From an uncultured Methanosarcinales archaeon (GTDB taxonomy: Archaea > Nanobdellota > Nanobdellia > Woesearchaeales > CAZYIM01): a stretch of DNA of 64,000 nt. Each line of letters begins with the position of its first letter. Position 1 is the stretch's first letter. Shown here in pieces: positions 1 to 10,033 of this stretch. The notes below the pieces were generated by a model that saw only the letters and a list, made by a program, of their open reading frames with translations, had not been told where the DNA came from and did no database searches. The DNA lies in NCBI GenBank assembly GCA_964647565.1, contig CAZYIM010000005.1:30967-94966 (forward strand), read 5' to 3'. The position numbers and the translations under genes are program-made.

Positions 1-383
1 TAGAGCAGTCCAAAGATGTTATGAGACGAGGCGATTTATCATCCACTATTAACATCAAGGATCTTGAAAAAAAAATCAATAATAGTTTTAATACGAGATG
101 TAGACTCTTTTTATTTGGAAAACAAAAAATTAAACGGATTGCCATCTGCACAGGTGCTGGCGGCTCAGGTTATTTTCTCGAAGCAATTAAAAAAAAGATT
201 GATGTATATATTTCAGGAGAAGAACATCATAATATTTATCTCCTGGCTAAAGAGGCTAATATAAATCTTATCTTCGCAGGACATTACGCCACTGAAACTC
301 TGGGGGTAAAGAATGTTGGCAAACTTCTTGAGAAAAAATTTAAATTGAAAATTATTTTTCTGGATAATCCCACACAATTATAA
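1..383 (+). CDS. Nif3/DUF34 dinuclear metal-centre protein (5' partial)
   Basis: Frame open from window start; IAICTGAG, DVYISGE and AGHYATE motifs typical of the NIF3/YbgI C-terminus. Confidence 0.85.
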   Translation, partial: EQSKDVMRRGDLSSTINIKDLEKKINNSFNTRCRLFLFGKQKIKRIAICTGAGGSGYFLEAIKKKIDVYISGEEHHNIYLLAKEANINLIFAGHYATETLGVKNVGKLLEKKFKLKIIFLDNPTQL

Positions 384-539
384 TTTAAAAAAAAGAAAAC
401 TCTGGCGCATATACTTCTTGAGTTGTATTTTTCGATTAGCTCAAAAAGAAAACTTTATTAAGGACCTAATCAAAAAAGCAGATTAGAGTATATTTTTGTA
501 TGCTCAATAATAAAATAAAAAGGTGAGGTGTAACCCAAA

Positions 540-788
540 GTGGCTGCAAAAAAGAAGAAAGCTGTCAAGAAAAAAACAGTGAAAAAGAAGACAGCAAAGA
601 AAAAGAAACCAGTAAAAAAGAAAGCAGTAAAGAAAAAGGCTACTAAGAAAAAAGTAGTCAAAAAGAAAGCTGTCAAGAAAAAGAAACCCGTCAAGAAAAA
701 AGCTGTGAAAAAGAAAGCCGTTAAGAAAAAGAAAGCAGTAAAGAAAAAGAAACCAGTAAAAAAGAAAGCCAAAAAGAAAAAAAGATAA
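540..788 (+). CDS. Lysine-rich histone H1/Hc2-like basic protein
   Basis: GTG start after AAGGTGAGGTG SD; 51 of 82 residues are Lys in K3-4 units with two-residue spacers; synonymous codon variation between units. Confidence 0.7.
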   Translation: MAAKKKKAVKKKTVKKKTAKKKKPVKKKAVKKKATKKKVVKKKAVKKKKPVKKKAVKKKAVKKKKAVKKKKPVKKKAKKKKR

Positions 789-789
789 G

Positions 790-2088
790 ATGGTGGGTTC
801 TGGTAAAGTTAAAATTTTTTTAAAGGGCGAGGTGATCGAAGGACACATAATGCCTCGCTCTGATTCAAATTTTCTCGTTCTAAAGCTTGATAATGGATAT
901 AATATAGGTATTGACAAATCTACAATCAAGAAAATGGAAGAGATTAAGGGAAATAAAGCTGTTAAAGACGAAAAGATCAAGAAAATCGTCCCAAAAAAAG
1001 GCCTGCCTAATGTTTCTATACTACACACAGGAGGCACAATCGCCTCAAAAGTTGATTATAAGACTGGTGCGGTCATCTCAAGATTCACTCCAGAAGAAAT
1101 TGTTTCCATGTTTCCTGAACTTAAAGAGATTGCAAATATCAAATCTAGACTTATTGGCAACATGTGGAGTCAGGATATGAGATTTTCTCATTATAATGTT
1201 ATTGCTAAGGAAATAGAAAAAGAAATAAAAGCTGGAGCTGATGGAGTGATTGTCACACATGGCACCGATACTCTCCATTATAGTTCTACAGCTCTCGCAT
1301 TTATCCTAGAAGACCTAACTATCCCTGTATTGTTAGTTGGATCCCAAAGAAGTTCTGACAGGGGCAGCAGTGATGCAGGTATGAATATCATAGATGCAGC
1401 ATATTTCATTACCAAATCTGATTTTTCAGAAGTTGGTGTTTGTATGCACAATTCTTCCAGCGATGATTTCGCAGCCATCCTACCTGCCACCAAAACAAGA
1501 AAATTACATACCAGCCGACGTGACGCATTCAAGGCAATCAATTCCAAGCCATGGGCTTTGGTCGATTATAAATCCAAGAAAATTAAATATCTGGATAAGG
1601 GATTTTATAAAAAATCGAAATCTAAAAAATTAAAGCTTAGATTATTTAATGAAAAGATTAAGGTAGGCATCTTAAAGCAATATACCAATATGACCGCAAA
1701 TGAATATCTTTTCTTTAAGAACTATGATGGTCTAGTCATTGAGTCGACAGGCTTAGGCAACCTTCCTGTCACAAAAAAAGATGATCTAACCAAAGAGAGC
1801 GACAAGATCTTCAAAGCTCTAGAAGAGATGATCAAAAAAGGATTGATTGTTGTTTTAAGTCCTCAAACCATATTCGGAAGACTGAATATCAATGTCTATG
1901 AAAACGGAAGGAGGCAGCAAGAGATCGGCATCCTGGGTAATTACAATGATATGACTACAGAAACCACCTTCATCAAACTGGCTTGGCTGTTGAGCAACTA
2001 CAGCAAGGCTGAGACCAAGAAACTCATTCTAAAAAACCTAAGAGGAGAAATTAACGAAAGGATTGAGTTTGAAAAAGAATTCATCTAA
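790..2088 (+). CDS. gatD: Glu-tRNA(Gln) amidotransferase subunit D
   Basis: LKLDNGYNIG N-domain, TGGTIASKVDYKTGAV, HGTDT, GSQRSSDRGSSD, HTSRRDAF. Confidence 0.96.
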   Translation: MVGSGKVKIFLKGEVIEGHIMPRSDSNFLVLKLDNGYNIGIDKSTIKKMEEIKGNKAVKDEKIKKIVPKKGLPNVSILHTGGTIASKVDYKTGAVISRFTPEEIVSMFPELKEIANIKSRLIGNMWSQDMRFSHYNVIAKEIEKEIKAGADGVIVTHGTDTLHYSSTALAFILEDLTIPVLLVGSQRSSDRGSSDAGMNIIDAAYFITKSDFSEVGVCMHNSSSDDFAAILPATKTRKLHTSRRDAFKAINSKPWALVDYKSKKIKYLDKGFYKKSKSKKLKLRLFNEKIKVGILKQYTNMTANEYLFFKNYDGLVIESTGLGNLPVTKKDDLTKESDKIFKALEEMIKKGLIVVLSPQTIFGRLNINVYENGRRQQEIGILGNYNDMTTETTFIKLAWLLSNYSKAETKKLILKNLRGEINERIEFEKEFI

Positions 2089-2105
2089 TTCCTAGTGCAA
2101 TATTG

Positions 2106-2170
2106 GAAAGATTTATAAATACAAACTTCTTAACTTTCTGAAATCACAGAAAATTCAGAAATTTCAGTAA
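2106..2170 (+). promoter_or_regulatory. BRE/TATA promoter with palindromic operator for the adjacent regulator
   Basis: GAAAGATTTATAAA at 2106-2119; TTTCTG-N6-CAGAAA at 2135-2152, with further CAGAAA/CAGTAA copies at 9-nt period. Confidence 0.6.
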
Positions 2171-2173
2171 AGA

Positions 2174-2665
2174 ATGAACACAGACAACCTCGATAAGGAA
2201 TTCCAGGAATTTTTCTTTCAGATTAGTACAGGCATGGGCCATGAGGGGGTCATCTCAAAGATTATAGGCATTATGTTCCTAGAACCCAAAGAAATCTCTC
2301 TTGAGGAACTTGCTAAAAAGACAGGCTATAGCCTTTCTGCAGTCAGCACAGCCATGAAACTCTTTGAAAACTGGAACACCGTCAAGAGAATCAAGAAACC
2401 AGGCTCAAGAAAGAAGTATTTCTATATGGAAAAAGACCTAAAAAAATTGGTCAAGGGTAAATTCAAGAAGATGAGAGAAGTTTACTTTAGTCCTGCGAAG
2501 ACCAAACTCCCTGTTCTGATTGAGAAATATAGAACAAAACTTAAAAACTCAAAAGATGACTATAGTAATAAGAAGCTAAATATATTGAAGAACTATCATG
2601 CCCAGATTATTGTAATGGATAAACTTATGGAAGACTTTATGAAAAAGGTGGAAAGAATTGACTAA
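2174..2665 (+). CDS. GbsR/MarR-family transcriptional regulator
   Basis: wHTH ISLEELAKKTGYSLSAVSTAM followed by KPGSRKKYF wing. Confidence 0.85.
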   Translation: MNTDNLDKEFQEFFFQISTGMGHEGVISKIIGIMFLEPKEISLEELAKKTGYSLSAVSTAMKLFENWNTVKRIKKPGSRKKYFYMEKDLKKLVKGKFKKMREVYFSPAKTKLPVLIEKYRTKLKNSKDDYSNKKLNILKNYHAQIIVMDKLMEDFMKKVERID

Positions 2666-3368
2666 ACTAGACTGTGGAGAAACCATCATCGAACTAAAGA
2701 ATGTTTGGAAGATATACCAGATGGGTAATGTGGAGGTACATGCCCTTCGAGGTCTGGATCTTAGTGTGAAAAAAGGAGAGTTTCTGGCAATAATGGGACC
2801 TTCTGGAAGCGGCAAATCAACGGCTATGAACATGGTGGGCTGCCTGGATATCCCGAGCAAAGGCCAGATATTGCTATGCAACCAAGACATCTCCCAGCTT
2901 GGAGAATCTGAGCTCGCCCAGATTCGTGGAAAGAGAATAGGATTTATTTTCCAGACCTTCAACCTTATTAATACTCTTACTGCTAAGGAAAACATAATGT
3001 TGCCAATGGTTTTTCAGAACAAATCCGCAAGTGAAAGAGCGAAACGTGCAGAAAAGCTCTTGAAAATGGTTGAGCTTGATGAAAGGATGGATCACAAGCC
3101 AACAGAACTTTCAGGGGGACAGAGGCAGAGGGTAGCTATTGCACGATCTTTGGCTAATGAACCAGAAGTCATCTTGGCAGATGAACCGACAGGCAACCTG
3201 GACAGCAAGACAGGTCATAATGTGCTCGATTTCCTAAAAAAACTCCACAAGGAAAAAGGTACAACAATCGTAATGGTCACACACGATTCAGATGTGGCAA
3301 AAGGAGCCCAGAGAATTGAATTTCTCAGGGACGGTAAGATTATTAAGGATCAAATTAAGAAGAATTGA
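2658..3368 (+). CDS. ABC transporter ATP-binding protein (LolD/MacB type)
   Basis: [36 protein letters not shown]. Confidence 0.95.
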   Translation: MTKLDCGETIIELKNVWKIYQMGNVEVHALRGLDLSVKKGEFLAIMGPSGSGKSTAMNMVGCLDIPSKGQILLCNQDISQLGESELAQIRGKRIGFIFQTFNLINTLTAKENIMLPMVFQNKSASERAKRAEKLLKMVELDERMDHKPTELSGGQRQRVAIARSLANEPEVILADEPTGNLDSKTGHNVLDFLKKLHKEKGTTIVMVTHDSDVAKGAQRIEFLRDGKIIKDQIKKN

Positions 3369-3378
3369 GGTGAATAAT

Positions 3379-4632
3379 ATGAAAAAATTAATGTTTGTTT
3401 GGATGTTGGCAATAATATTAGCATTACCATTGGTCTTTGCATCGACCAATCCTATATTGAAGGCAAGCCTGGTAAAATACGAACCATACCCTGCAGAGCC
3501 AGGGGATTATGTTGATGTATGGATCAAGCTGGAAAATGATGCTGACTATGATGCAGAAGACACTGTTGTTGAATTTCTCAAGTCATTCCCATTTAGTTTG
3601 GACCCTGGCGTGGATCCTGTGACCAATATGGGCATTATTGGCAGCCGAGATGACTATGTGATAAAATACACTCTTAAGGTAAGCGAAGAAGCTGTCGAAG
3701 GCACCAACAAGCTCAAGATAAGATTCAATCCTGAACCAGCATTATACAGCTGGAAAGAAAAAGAGCTCGAGATCGAAGTGCAGACAAATCTGCCTATCAT
3801 AGCTGTCACGTCTACCAAAGTAGATCCTGCTGAACTTATACCGGGAGAACCTGCAAACCTCATGCTGGATATTGAAAACATGGGACAGTCATTCCTTAAG
3901 GATATCTCAGTAAAGCTCGATATCTATAGTGCTGTTACCCAGACAGCTACTGCATTCGGTACAAGCACATCTGTAGCAACAGACCTCCCATTTGCACCTC
4001 ATGAATCAAGCATCGAGAAGAGGGTGCCTATGCTTTCAGCTGGAAAGACCAAGGAACTTGTTTTCAAGATCAAACCTTACCCTGATGCAGAATCTAAAAT
4101 CTACAAGATCCCAATTGTACTTACATATACAGATAATGTTGGAACAGTCCATACAAGGACAGAAGTTGTCAGTTTGATTGTGAACAGCGAACCGGATCTT
4201 TCTATGAAGATAGAATCTACAACTCTATCTACTAAGCAAAAAACAGGAGACATCTCTTTTGAAATTGTAAATAAGGGTCTTAGCGACGTTAAATTTGCGA
4301 ATGTAGTTCTAGCAGATACAGACGACTATGATTTGCTCTCACCATCAGCAGAAGTCTACATTGGCAACATCGACTCAGATGATTATGAGACTGCAGAATT
4401 CAGAGTTGCTCTGAAAAAAGAGGGCGGAGATGTTGTATTCCCACTCACTATGGAATACAAAGATGCCAATAACAACAAGAAGACATTATCAGAAGATATC
4501 GTATTGAAACTGCCCGATTCAAAATACAATGGCAAGAAGAGTAACACAGGAGTAATCATAGTAGTTGTTGTGGTTATCTTGGGAGTTGCAGGCATTATTA
4601 TTTATCGGAGAAGGAAGAAGAAAAAGAGTTAA
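3379..4632 (+). CDS. S-layer-domain (COG1361-like) exported membrane-anchored protein
   Basis: ATG 3379 after GAGGTGA; signal peptide, YEPYPAEPG, Ig-like beta segments, C-terminal TM plus basic tail; usual position in this ABC operon type. Confidence 0.8.
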   Translation: MKKLMFVWMLAIILALPLVFASTNPILKASLVKYEPYPAEPGDYVDVWIKLENDADYDAEDTVVEFLKSFPFSLDPGVDPVTNMGIIGSRDDYVIKYTLKVSEEAVEGTNKLKIRFNPEPALYSWKEKELEIEVQTNLPIIAVTSTKVDPAELIPGEPANLMLDIENMGQSFLKDISVKLDIYSAVTQTATAFGTSTSVATDLPFAPHESSIEKRVPMLSAGKTKELVFKIKPYPDAESKIYKIPIVLTYTDNVGTVHTRTEVVSLIVNSEPDLSMKIESTTLSTKQKTGDISFEIVNKGLSDVKFANVVLADTDDYDLLSPSAEVYIGNIDSDDYETAEFRVALKKEGGDVVFPLTMEYKDANNNKKTLSEDIVLKLPDSKYNGKKSNTGVIIVVVVVILGVAGIIIYRRRKKKKS

Positions 4633-4657
4633 CTCTTTTTTCTTTTTTTAATTTAAA

Positions 4658-5878
4658 ATGTTCTTGGATTACCTAAAAATAGCATTATCGAACCTTCGCA
4701 AGAGAGGGTTACGATCCTGGTTGACCATGATAGGTATATTCATAGGCATTGCAGCAATTGTTTCTCTTTTAAGTCTTGGCGAAGGTCTTAGAGTCGCCAT
4801 CACATCCCAGTTCGGTTTTCTAAGTGCTGATGTTTTGTCAGTCCAGGCAGGAGGTATGCAGATGGGTCCGCCAGGAACAGGGGTAATTACCCCGTTCACT
4901 ATTGATGATGCAAAAACACTGTCAAAAGTTCAAGGTGTTGAAGCTGCTATCCCCCGACTTGTCAGATCTGGAACTTTAGAATATAATGATAAATTGGCCA
5001 GAGGATATTCCATAAGCGTACCTAGTGGTAAGAACAGAAAGATAATTGAAAGGGTGGCAAATTTAGAAGTTGACGAAGGAAGACTTCTGAGGGATGAAGA
5101 TTCGTACGGTCTCGTCCTCGGTGCGACTTTTAAAGAAGAAGATATCTTTGGAAAACCAATATCAGTAGGTCAACAAGTATTGTTGAACGGTAAAAAGTTC
5201 AAGGTTCTGGGCATTTTGGAAAAAAAAGGAAGTTTTATGGTCGATGGTGCTGTTATTATGAATGAGGACATCTTTAGAGAGCTTGAAGATGATAATAAAA
5301 AAGCAGATATTATCGTAGTGGTTGTGAAGAATCAAAAAGAGATGGATCTTGTTCAGGAACGTGTTGAGAAACTACTCAGAAAAGAGCGAAATGTTGATGA
5401 AGGAGAAGAAGACTTTGATGTCACTTCACCTCAAGCTGCAGTCGAGTCCTTGAATGACACCTTATTTGCAGTGCAATTGTTTGTATATATTATTGCAGGC
5501 ATCTCTCTGTTGGTAGGCGGCATAGGCATTATGAATACCATGAACACTGCAGTGATAGAGCGAACCAAGGAAATTGGAATCATGAAATCCATTGGCGCCA
5601 AAAACAAAGATATTTTCATGCTTTTCTTCATTGAATCAGGATTCCTTGGCAGCGCAGGAGGTATTATAGGGACCATCCTCGGCTCCTTAATTGCTATTAG
5701 TCTAAGCGCATTAGCCAACATGGGTACAAGCGCAGGACTCATACAGACCTATTTCCCGTGGTGGCTTATACCCGGCGCCATATTATTCTCATTTTTAGTT
5801 GGCAGCATCGCAGGCATAACACCTGCACTCAGCGCTGCTAGATTAAAGCCTGTCGATGCATTAAGAGCAATAAAATGA
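4658..5878 (+). CDS. ABC transporter permease (MacB/FtsX type)
   Basis: RSWLTMIGIFIG, GIMNTM...ERTKEIGIMKSIGA, AARLKPVDALR. Confidence 0.93.
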   Translation: MFLDYLKIALSNLRKRGLRSWLTMIGIFIGIAAIVSLLSLGEGLRVAITSQFGFLSADVLSVQAGGMQMGPPGTGVITPFTIDDAKTLSKVQGVEAAIPRLVRSGTLEYNDKLARGYSISVPSGKNRKIIERVANLEVDEGRLLRDEDSYGLVLGATFKEEDIFGKPISVGQQVLLNGKKFKVLGILEKKGSFMVDGAVIMNEDIFRELEDDNKKADIIVVVVKNQKEMDLVQERVEKLLRKERNVDEGEEDFDVTSPQAAVESLNDTLFAVQLFVYIIAGISLLVGGIGIMNTMNTAVIERTKEIGIMKSIGAKNKDIFMLFFIESGFLGSAGGIIGTILGSLIAISLSALANMGTSAGLIQTYFPWWLIPGAILFSFLVGSIAGITPALSAARLKPVDALRAIK

Positions 5879-7092
5879 AACTAGACTACATCAAATACGC
5901 CTTCAACAACCTGCTAAGCAGGAAGATGAGGAGCTGGCTGAATGTCCTCTCAATACTTATAGGCATAGCAGCCATATTTGCATTGGTCAGTTTTGGAGAG
6001 GGTTTAAAAGCCTACACAGTCGAGATTGGCGAAAAAATGGGTACTGACAAGATCATGGCACAGGTGGGTAGTGGCTTTGCAGGTTCGCCGTTGGATGATA
6101 ATTATTATTTCACAGACGAAGAGATCAAATTCCTTGAAAAAGTCAAAGGCGTAGATGAATTGGTTCCAATGACTATGGGCAGTATTAAGGTAAGTAACGA
6201 AAAGAAGACATTCTATACTCTCTTCATGGCATGGGAACCTGGACTTTACGAAGGACTGGTCGAAGAGGTGTTTACAGTCGACTTGCTTGAAGGAAGAACT
6301 GTAAGAAAAACAGATAAAAATAAGGTAACTGTAGGATATAATTACCTGGTGCCTGGAAGAATATTTAAGAAACCGATGAAAAGGGGAGATATTATCTTGG
6401 TAAATGATGTAGAGCTTGAAATTGTCGGATTCTATGATGCAATTGGTAATCCCCAGGATGACTCCCAGATCTATACAAACATCGAAACATATCTTTCACT
6501 CTTTCCACAACATGAAGATCAGTATAAGTTCTTTTTTGCAAGATCAAACCCAAATGCCAATCCCGCAGAAGTTGCAGATAAAATGGAAAAAAAATTAATG
6601 AAAAAAAGAGATCTGGAAGAAGGTGAAGAAGACTTTTCCATCCAGACCTTTGAACAGGCTATTAAGACTTTTGGTGCAGTGCTCAACATCATCAATTCTG
6701 TTTTGGTCTTGATTGCATTAATCTCAGTCATAGTCGCAGCAGTCAACATCATGAACACCATGTACACTGCAGTGCTGGAAAGAACCAAAGAGATTGGCAT
6801 CATGAAGGCCGTTGGCGCAACAAGAGGTATTATAATGACTATCTTTGTTATTGAATCTGGAACACTAGGTCTTGTTGGCAGTGGTTTGGGCGCACTGATT
6901 GGTTTTCTGATCGCTTCTGCAGGTGGCGCCATTGCTGCAGGCGCAGGATATCCCATTCTCAAGCCGGTTTTCCCTGCCTGGCTAATCATTGGTTGCCTAT
7001 TGTTTGGCTTTCTTTTGGGAGCTATCTCAGGTCTTATGCCTGCCAGGCAAGCAGCTAAACTGAAGCCCGTAGACTCATTACACTACGAGTGA
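5875..7092 (+). CDS. ABC transporter permease (MacB/FtsX type), paralog 2
   Basis: Same motifs; ATGA overlap with the previous gene. Confidence 0.93.
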   Translation: MKLDYIKYAFNNLLSRKMRSWLNVLSILIGIAAIFALVSFGEGLKAYTVEIGEKMGTDKIMAQVGSGFAGSPLDDNYYFTDEEIKFLEKVKGVDELVPMTMGSIKVSNEKKTFYTLFMAWEPGLYEGLVEEVFTVDLLEGRTVRKTDKNKVTVGYNYLVPGRIFKKPMKRGDIILVNDVELEIVGFYDAIGNPQDDSQIYTNIETYLSLFPQHEDQYKFFFARSNPNANPAEVADKMEKKLMKKRDLEEGEEDFSIQTFEQAIKTFGAVLNIINSVLVLIALISVIVAAVNIMNTMYTAVLERTKEIGIMKAVGATRGIIMTIFVIESGTLGLVGSGLGALIGFLIASAGGAIAAGAGYPILKPVFPAWLIIGCLLFGFLLGAISGLMPARQAAKLKPVDSLHYE

Positions 7093-7210
7093 AACTAGTA
7101 GTGCTAATGTCAAGGAAGATTACGTTACGCAGTAGCGCTAACCTGGCAGAAAAACCAAAATGGTTTTTCAACACACAAGTGACAGACTTTGCATTACGAG
7201 TAAACTAATA
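7081..7210. repeat. Direct-repeat-flanked hairpin-rich insert (MITE/REP-like)
   Basis: CACTACGAGTGAAACTAGTA (7081-7100) resembles CATTACGAGT-AAACTAATA (7192-7210); internal CGTTAC-GCA-GTAGCG and GAAAAACCA-AAA-TGGTTTTTC hairpins. Confidence 0.55.
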
Positions 7211-7247
7211 AAAAATTTTATAAACCATTTCTTGCACACTTACAAAT

Positions 7248-8264
7248 ATGGGGGATAAAAAAGAGGTGAGTAGGTATTTTATTATAGTTGGACTTTTAGT
7301 TCTTCTCTATATTACCTTCCTGCTTGTCAAACCATATCTTACCTATGTGCTGCTGGCGTTTTTACTTGCTTATGCGTGTTATCCGATATATAACAAGCTT
7401 CAGAAGAAGATCAAGAACAAGACTTTTGCTTCTGCCATTATGATAATAGCCATCTTAATCATCATATTCATACCATTGTTCTTCATTGTCTCGTCTCTGG
7501 TCGATCAGTCAAGGGATGTCTATGGTATGGCGACCAGACAGAATATTGATGCGACCCTAAATAATATTGAAAATGCTTTGCATCTTAAAGAAGATCTGAA
7601 TATTTATGTGGATGCAGTCATTCTAAGAATTAAGGAATCCACATTAAAGATGATCCCTAATGTAATAACTGGTATAACAGAGGCAACAGTCGGCCTTTTT
7701 ATTATGTTTTTCATCATGTTCTATCTCTTCAAAGAGGGGGATGTGCTTATCAATAGTATAAGGAATTATCTGCCAATGAGCCGAAAACATAAAAAGTTGC
7801 TTTTCCAGAATACAGAGAGGGTGACAAAAGGAGTGATTTATGGCCAGATCTTAACCGCAATCATCCAAGGAGGCATTGCAGGCATCGGCTTTATCATCTT
7901 TGGTGTTTCTAACCCGATATTTTGGGGTTTCATAATGATGATACTCGCATTTATACCTGTTGTTGGAGCCTGGTTGATCTGGTGGCCTGCAGTCGCCATC
8001 TCAATAGCCCAAGGCAACTATGTGACAGGCATAGGACTTGCTGTCTATGGTCTAATCATCGTCTCTAATGTTGATAACCTCGTAAGACCTAAGTTGGTTG
8101 GTGACAGGGCTAAGCTACATCCTGCTCTGGTATTAATCGGTGTGCTTGGTGGCCTTAAGCTATTCGGCTTTATAGGTATGCTAATAGGGCCTGTGTTCTT
8201 CTCTATCTTATTTGTCTTCTTTAAGGTCTATATGGAGATCAGTGACAAAAAAAGCAAAGCCTAG
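7248..8264 (+). CDS. AI-2E family (PerM/TqsA) transporter
   Basis: Multi-TM; FIPVVG, DNLVRPKLVG, HPALVLIGVLGG. Confidence 0.92.
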   Translation: MGDKKEVSRYFIIVGLLVLLYITFLLVKPYLTYVLLAFLLAYACYPIYNKLQKKIKNKTFASAIMIIAILIIIFIPLFFIVSSLVDQSRDVYGMATRQNIDATLNNIENALHLKEDLNIYVDAVILRIKESTLKMIPNVITGITEATVGLFIMFFIMFYLFKEGDVLINSIRNYLPMSRKHKKLLFQNTERVTKGVIYGQILTAIIQGGIAGIGFIIFGVSNPIFWGFIMMILAFIPVVGAWLIWWPAVAISIAQGNYVTGIGLAVYGLIIVSNVDNLVRPKLVGDRAKLHPALVLIGVLGGLKLFGFIGMLIGPVFFSILFVFFKVYMEISDKKSKA

Positions 8265-9259
8265 ACCATTTTTTTCAAATATAGAAGCAGTTTTTGTAAC
8301 ACTTTCTTTTTCAGCTCTTTCGAAAGTTTAAGAGCTTCGATCTCTTGTTCCCAGTCAAGATTAGGCATTGTTGTTAGACTGCCTTTGAATATGCGCTGAG
8401 CCAGCACCACTTGTATTTCCAGTTCTTTTGCTGCATCTCTGTTAAAGCATTTCAAAGCAGGAAACTTACTTATTGAGTTGGCACCTGCCTTTAAGAGCAG
8501 AGAGACATAATCAATCCTATCCTGCCAGATACCTGCCTGGATGTCAAGCTTAGGGAATTCAATCCTGGTCTTGGCTATCCACCATGCTTGATATTCCATT
8601 GAAGGAGGTTTGCTCTTTTCAAAAGGAGTTCCTTTCTGAGGATTAAGACCATAGAAATGTATCTTCGATATCTTGTATTTTTTTATGAAATCAGCAAGAT
8701 TTAGAAAGTCTTTCTTGGTCTCGCCAAGGCCCAATATTATTGTCATCGCAGTCTTCATCTTAAGCTTCAATGCAGACTCAAACATCTCTTCATAAGGCTC
8801 TATTGGCTTAGATGGACAAACCTTTTTATGCACACGTGGATTGATTGTCTCAATTGAACCTACAACTCCCTTTGTATAAGGCTTGTATTTCTTCAATTGT
8901 TTTTCTGGCAAGGGGCCAATATTCAACCAAATCTTCCTCTTGTTAACAGCATAAACCAGTTTTAGGAGCTTGAAGAAGTCTGCTTGAGTAAATGCATCTA
9001 TACCTCCAGAGAAAAAACCAAACTGCCATCCAAGCTTTTTTGAAAGTAGCACTTCGGCTAGTAGAGATTCTTTTGATCGAACAGCGGGTTTTTTAGCCAG
9101 TTTAATATCAGGCTGGGTACTCATGTAACAATATTTACAATCCCTTATCTTACAGTACCAGCTAAAGAACACAGCCCTCTCAAAACAGGTCTCTGCAGGA
9201 AAATTCTGAAGGAATATATTATTTGCTTTTTTAATAAGAGTATTGGTCTTTAAATCCAT
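8261..9259 (-). CDS. Radical SAM protein, archaeal BioB-like group
   Basis: WYCKIRDCKYC (CX4CX2C) cluster motif, FFSGG, SIET, IILGLGE. Confidence 0.85.
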   Translation of the reverse strand: MDLKTNTLIKKANNIFLQNFPAETCFERAVFFSWYCKIRDCKYCYMSTQPDIKLAKKPAVRSKESLLAEVLLSKKLGWQFGFFSGGIDAFTQADFFKLLKLVYAVNKRKIWLNIGPLPEKQLKKYKPYTKGVVGSIETINPRVHKKVCPSKPIEPYEEMFESALKLKMKTAMTIILGLGETKKDFLNLADFIKKYKISKIHFYGLNPQKGTPFEKSKPPSMEYQAWWIAKTRIEFPKLDIQAGIWQDRIDYVSLLLKAGANSISKFPALKCFNRDAAKELEIQVVLAQRIFKGSLTTMPNLDWEQEIEALKLSKELKKKVLQKLLLYLKKMV

Positions 9260-9298
9260 AAAAAAAAGAAGAACTGTTTTGTTTAAAAAAGTTAGGAA

Positions 9299-10033
9299 TT
9301 AGTATCTCCTAGCAGGTATGTTTTGATATTCAAAAGGATTTCCTACACCCAAATCTTCAAAAGCATAGTAAATTATTCTACAGGGATCACATTTCCCACA
9401 CAATTTATCTGCCCCTCTATAGCAAGATCGGGTATGTTCAATAGGTGCACCGAGTTCCAAACCTTTTTGTAAAACTCTTTTTTTGTCAAATTTAATTAAG
9501 GGGGTTTCGACTTGAAGAGAAGCTTCATATTTTTTACCGACCTCTGTTGATATTTCAAACAAGCTATTAAGAGTTTTGTAAACTTCCAAACTACAGTCTG
9601 GATAAACGAGACTATCCTGCTTATTTGTTCCAATTATTACCTTACCTACCACAGATTCTCCTGTTCTTAGATAGTCAAGCATAATACTTTCCAGCCAAGA
9701 AGAAGCAATCATAATAAATGTTGGATCACGCCCAGGAGGATATGTCACAGGTATTTCTGAAATGTTTTTTTCTAATGTTCTATTTTTTGGAATCTCTTGA
9801 TGTGCTGTTAGTGCTGATTTCGAGAGCGGGTTATAAGATCTCAAATCAAGAAATTTATGTTCAACAGGTTGAAATATGTCGGATAATATTTTTGCATTTT
9901 CAAGTTCCCTTACAAGGGTCTGACCCCAGTCTATAGACAGTAAATAGAGATCATTATTGTCTTCTTTTGTTATTGCTGTTGCGACACAGGAATCAAGTCC
10001 GCCACTTAATAAACAAACAGATATAGTTTTCAT
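9299..10033 (-). CDS. queC: Divergent QueC-family PP-loop ATPase (7-cyano-7-deazaguanine synthase-like)
   Basis: SGGLDS PP-loop, SALT, YPDC, TPL, SCY...CGKCDPC Zn site. Confidence 0.8.
   Translation of the reverse strand: MKTISVCLLSGGLDSCVATAITKEDNNDLYLLSIDWGQTLVRELENAKILSDIFQPVEHKFLDLRSYNPLSKSALTAHQEIPKNRTLEKNISEIPVTYPPGRDPTFIMIASSWLESIMLDYLRTGESVVGKVIIGTNKQDSLVYPDCSLEVYKTLNSLFEISTEVGKKYEASLQVETPLIKFDKKRVLQKGLELGAPIEHTRSCYRGADKLCGKCDPCRIIYYAFEDLGVGNPFEYQNIPARRY

Noticed and set aside
540..788. Possible CRISPR or satellite array in the A-rich repeats
   Set aside because: No constant repeat with unique spacers; periodicity is codon-based
470..1037. Phe-rich minus-strand ORFs (100 and 177 aa)
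   Set aside because: Antisense shadows of the Lys-rich gene and gatD; the SD lies on the + strand
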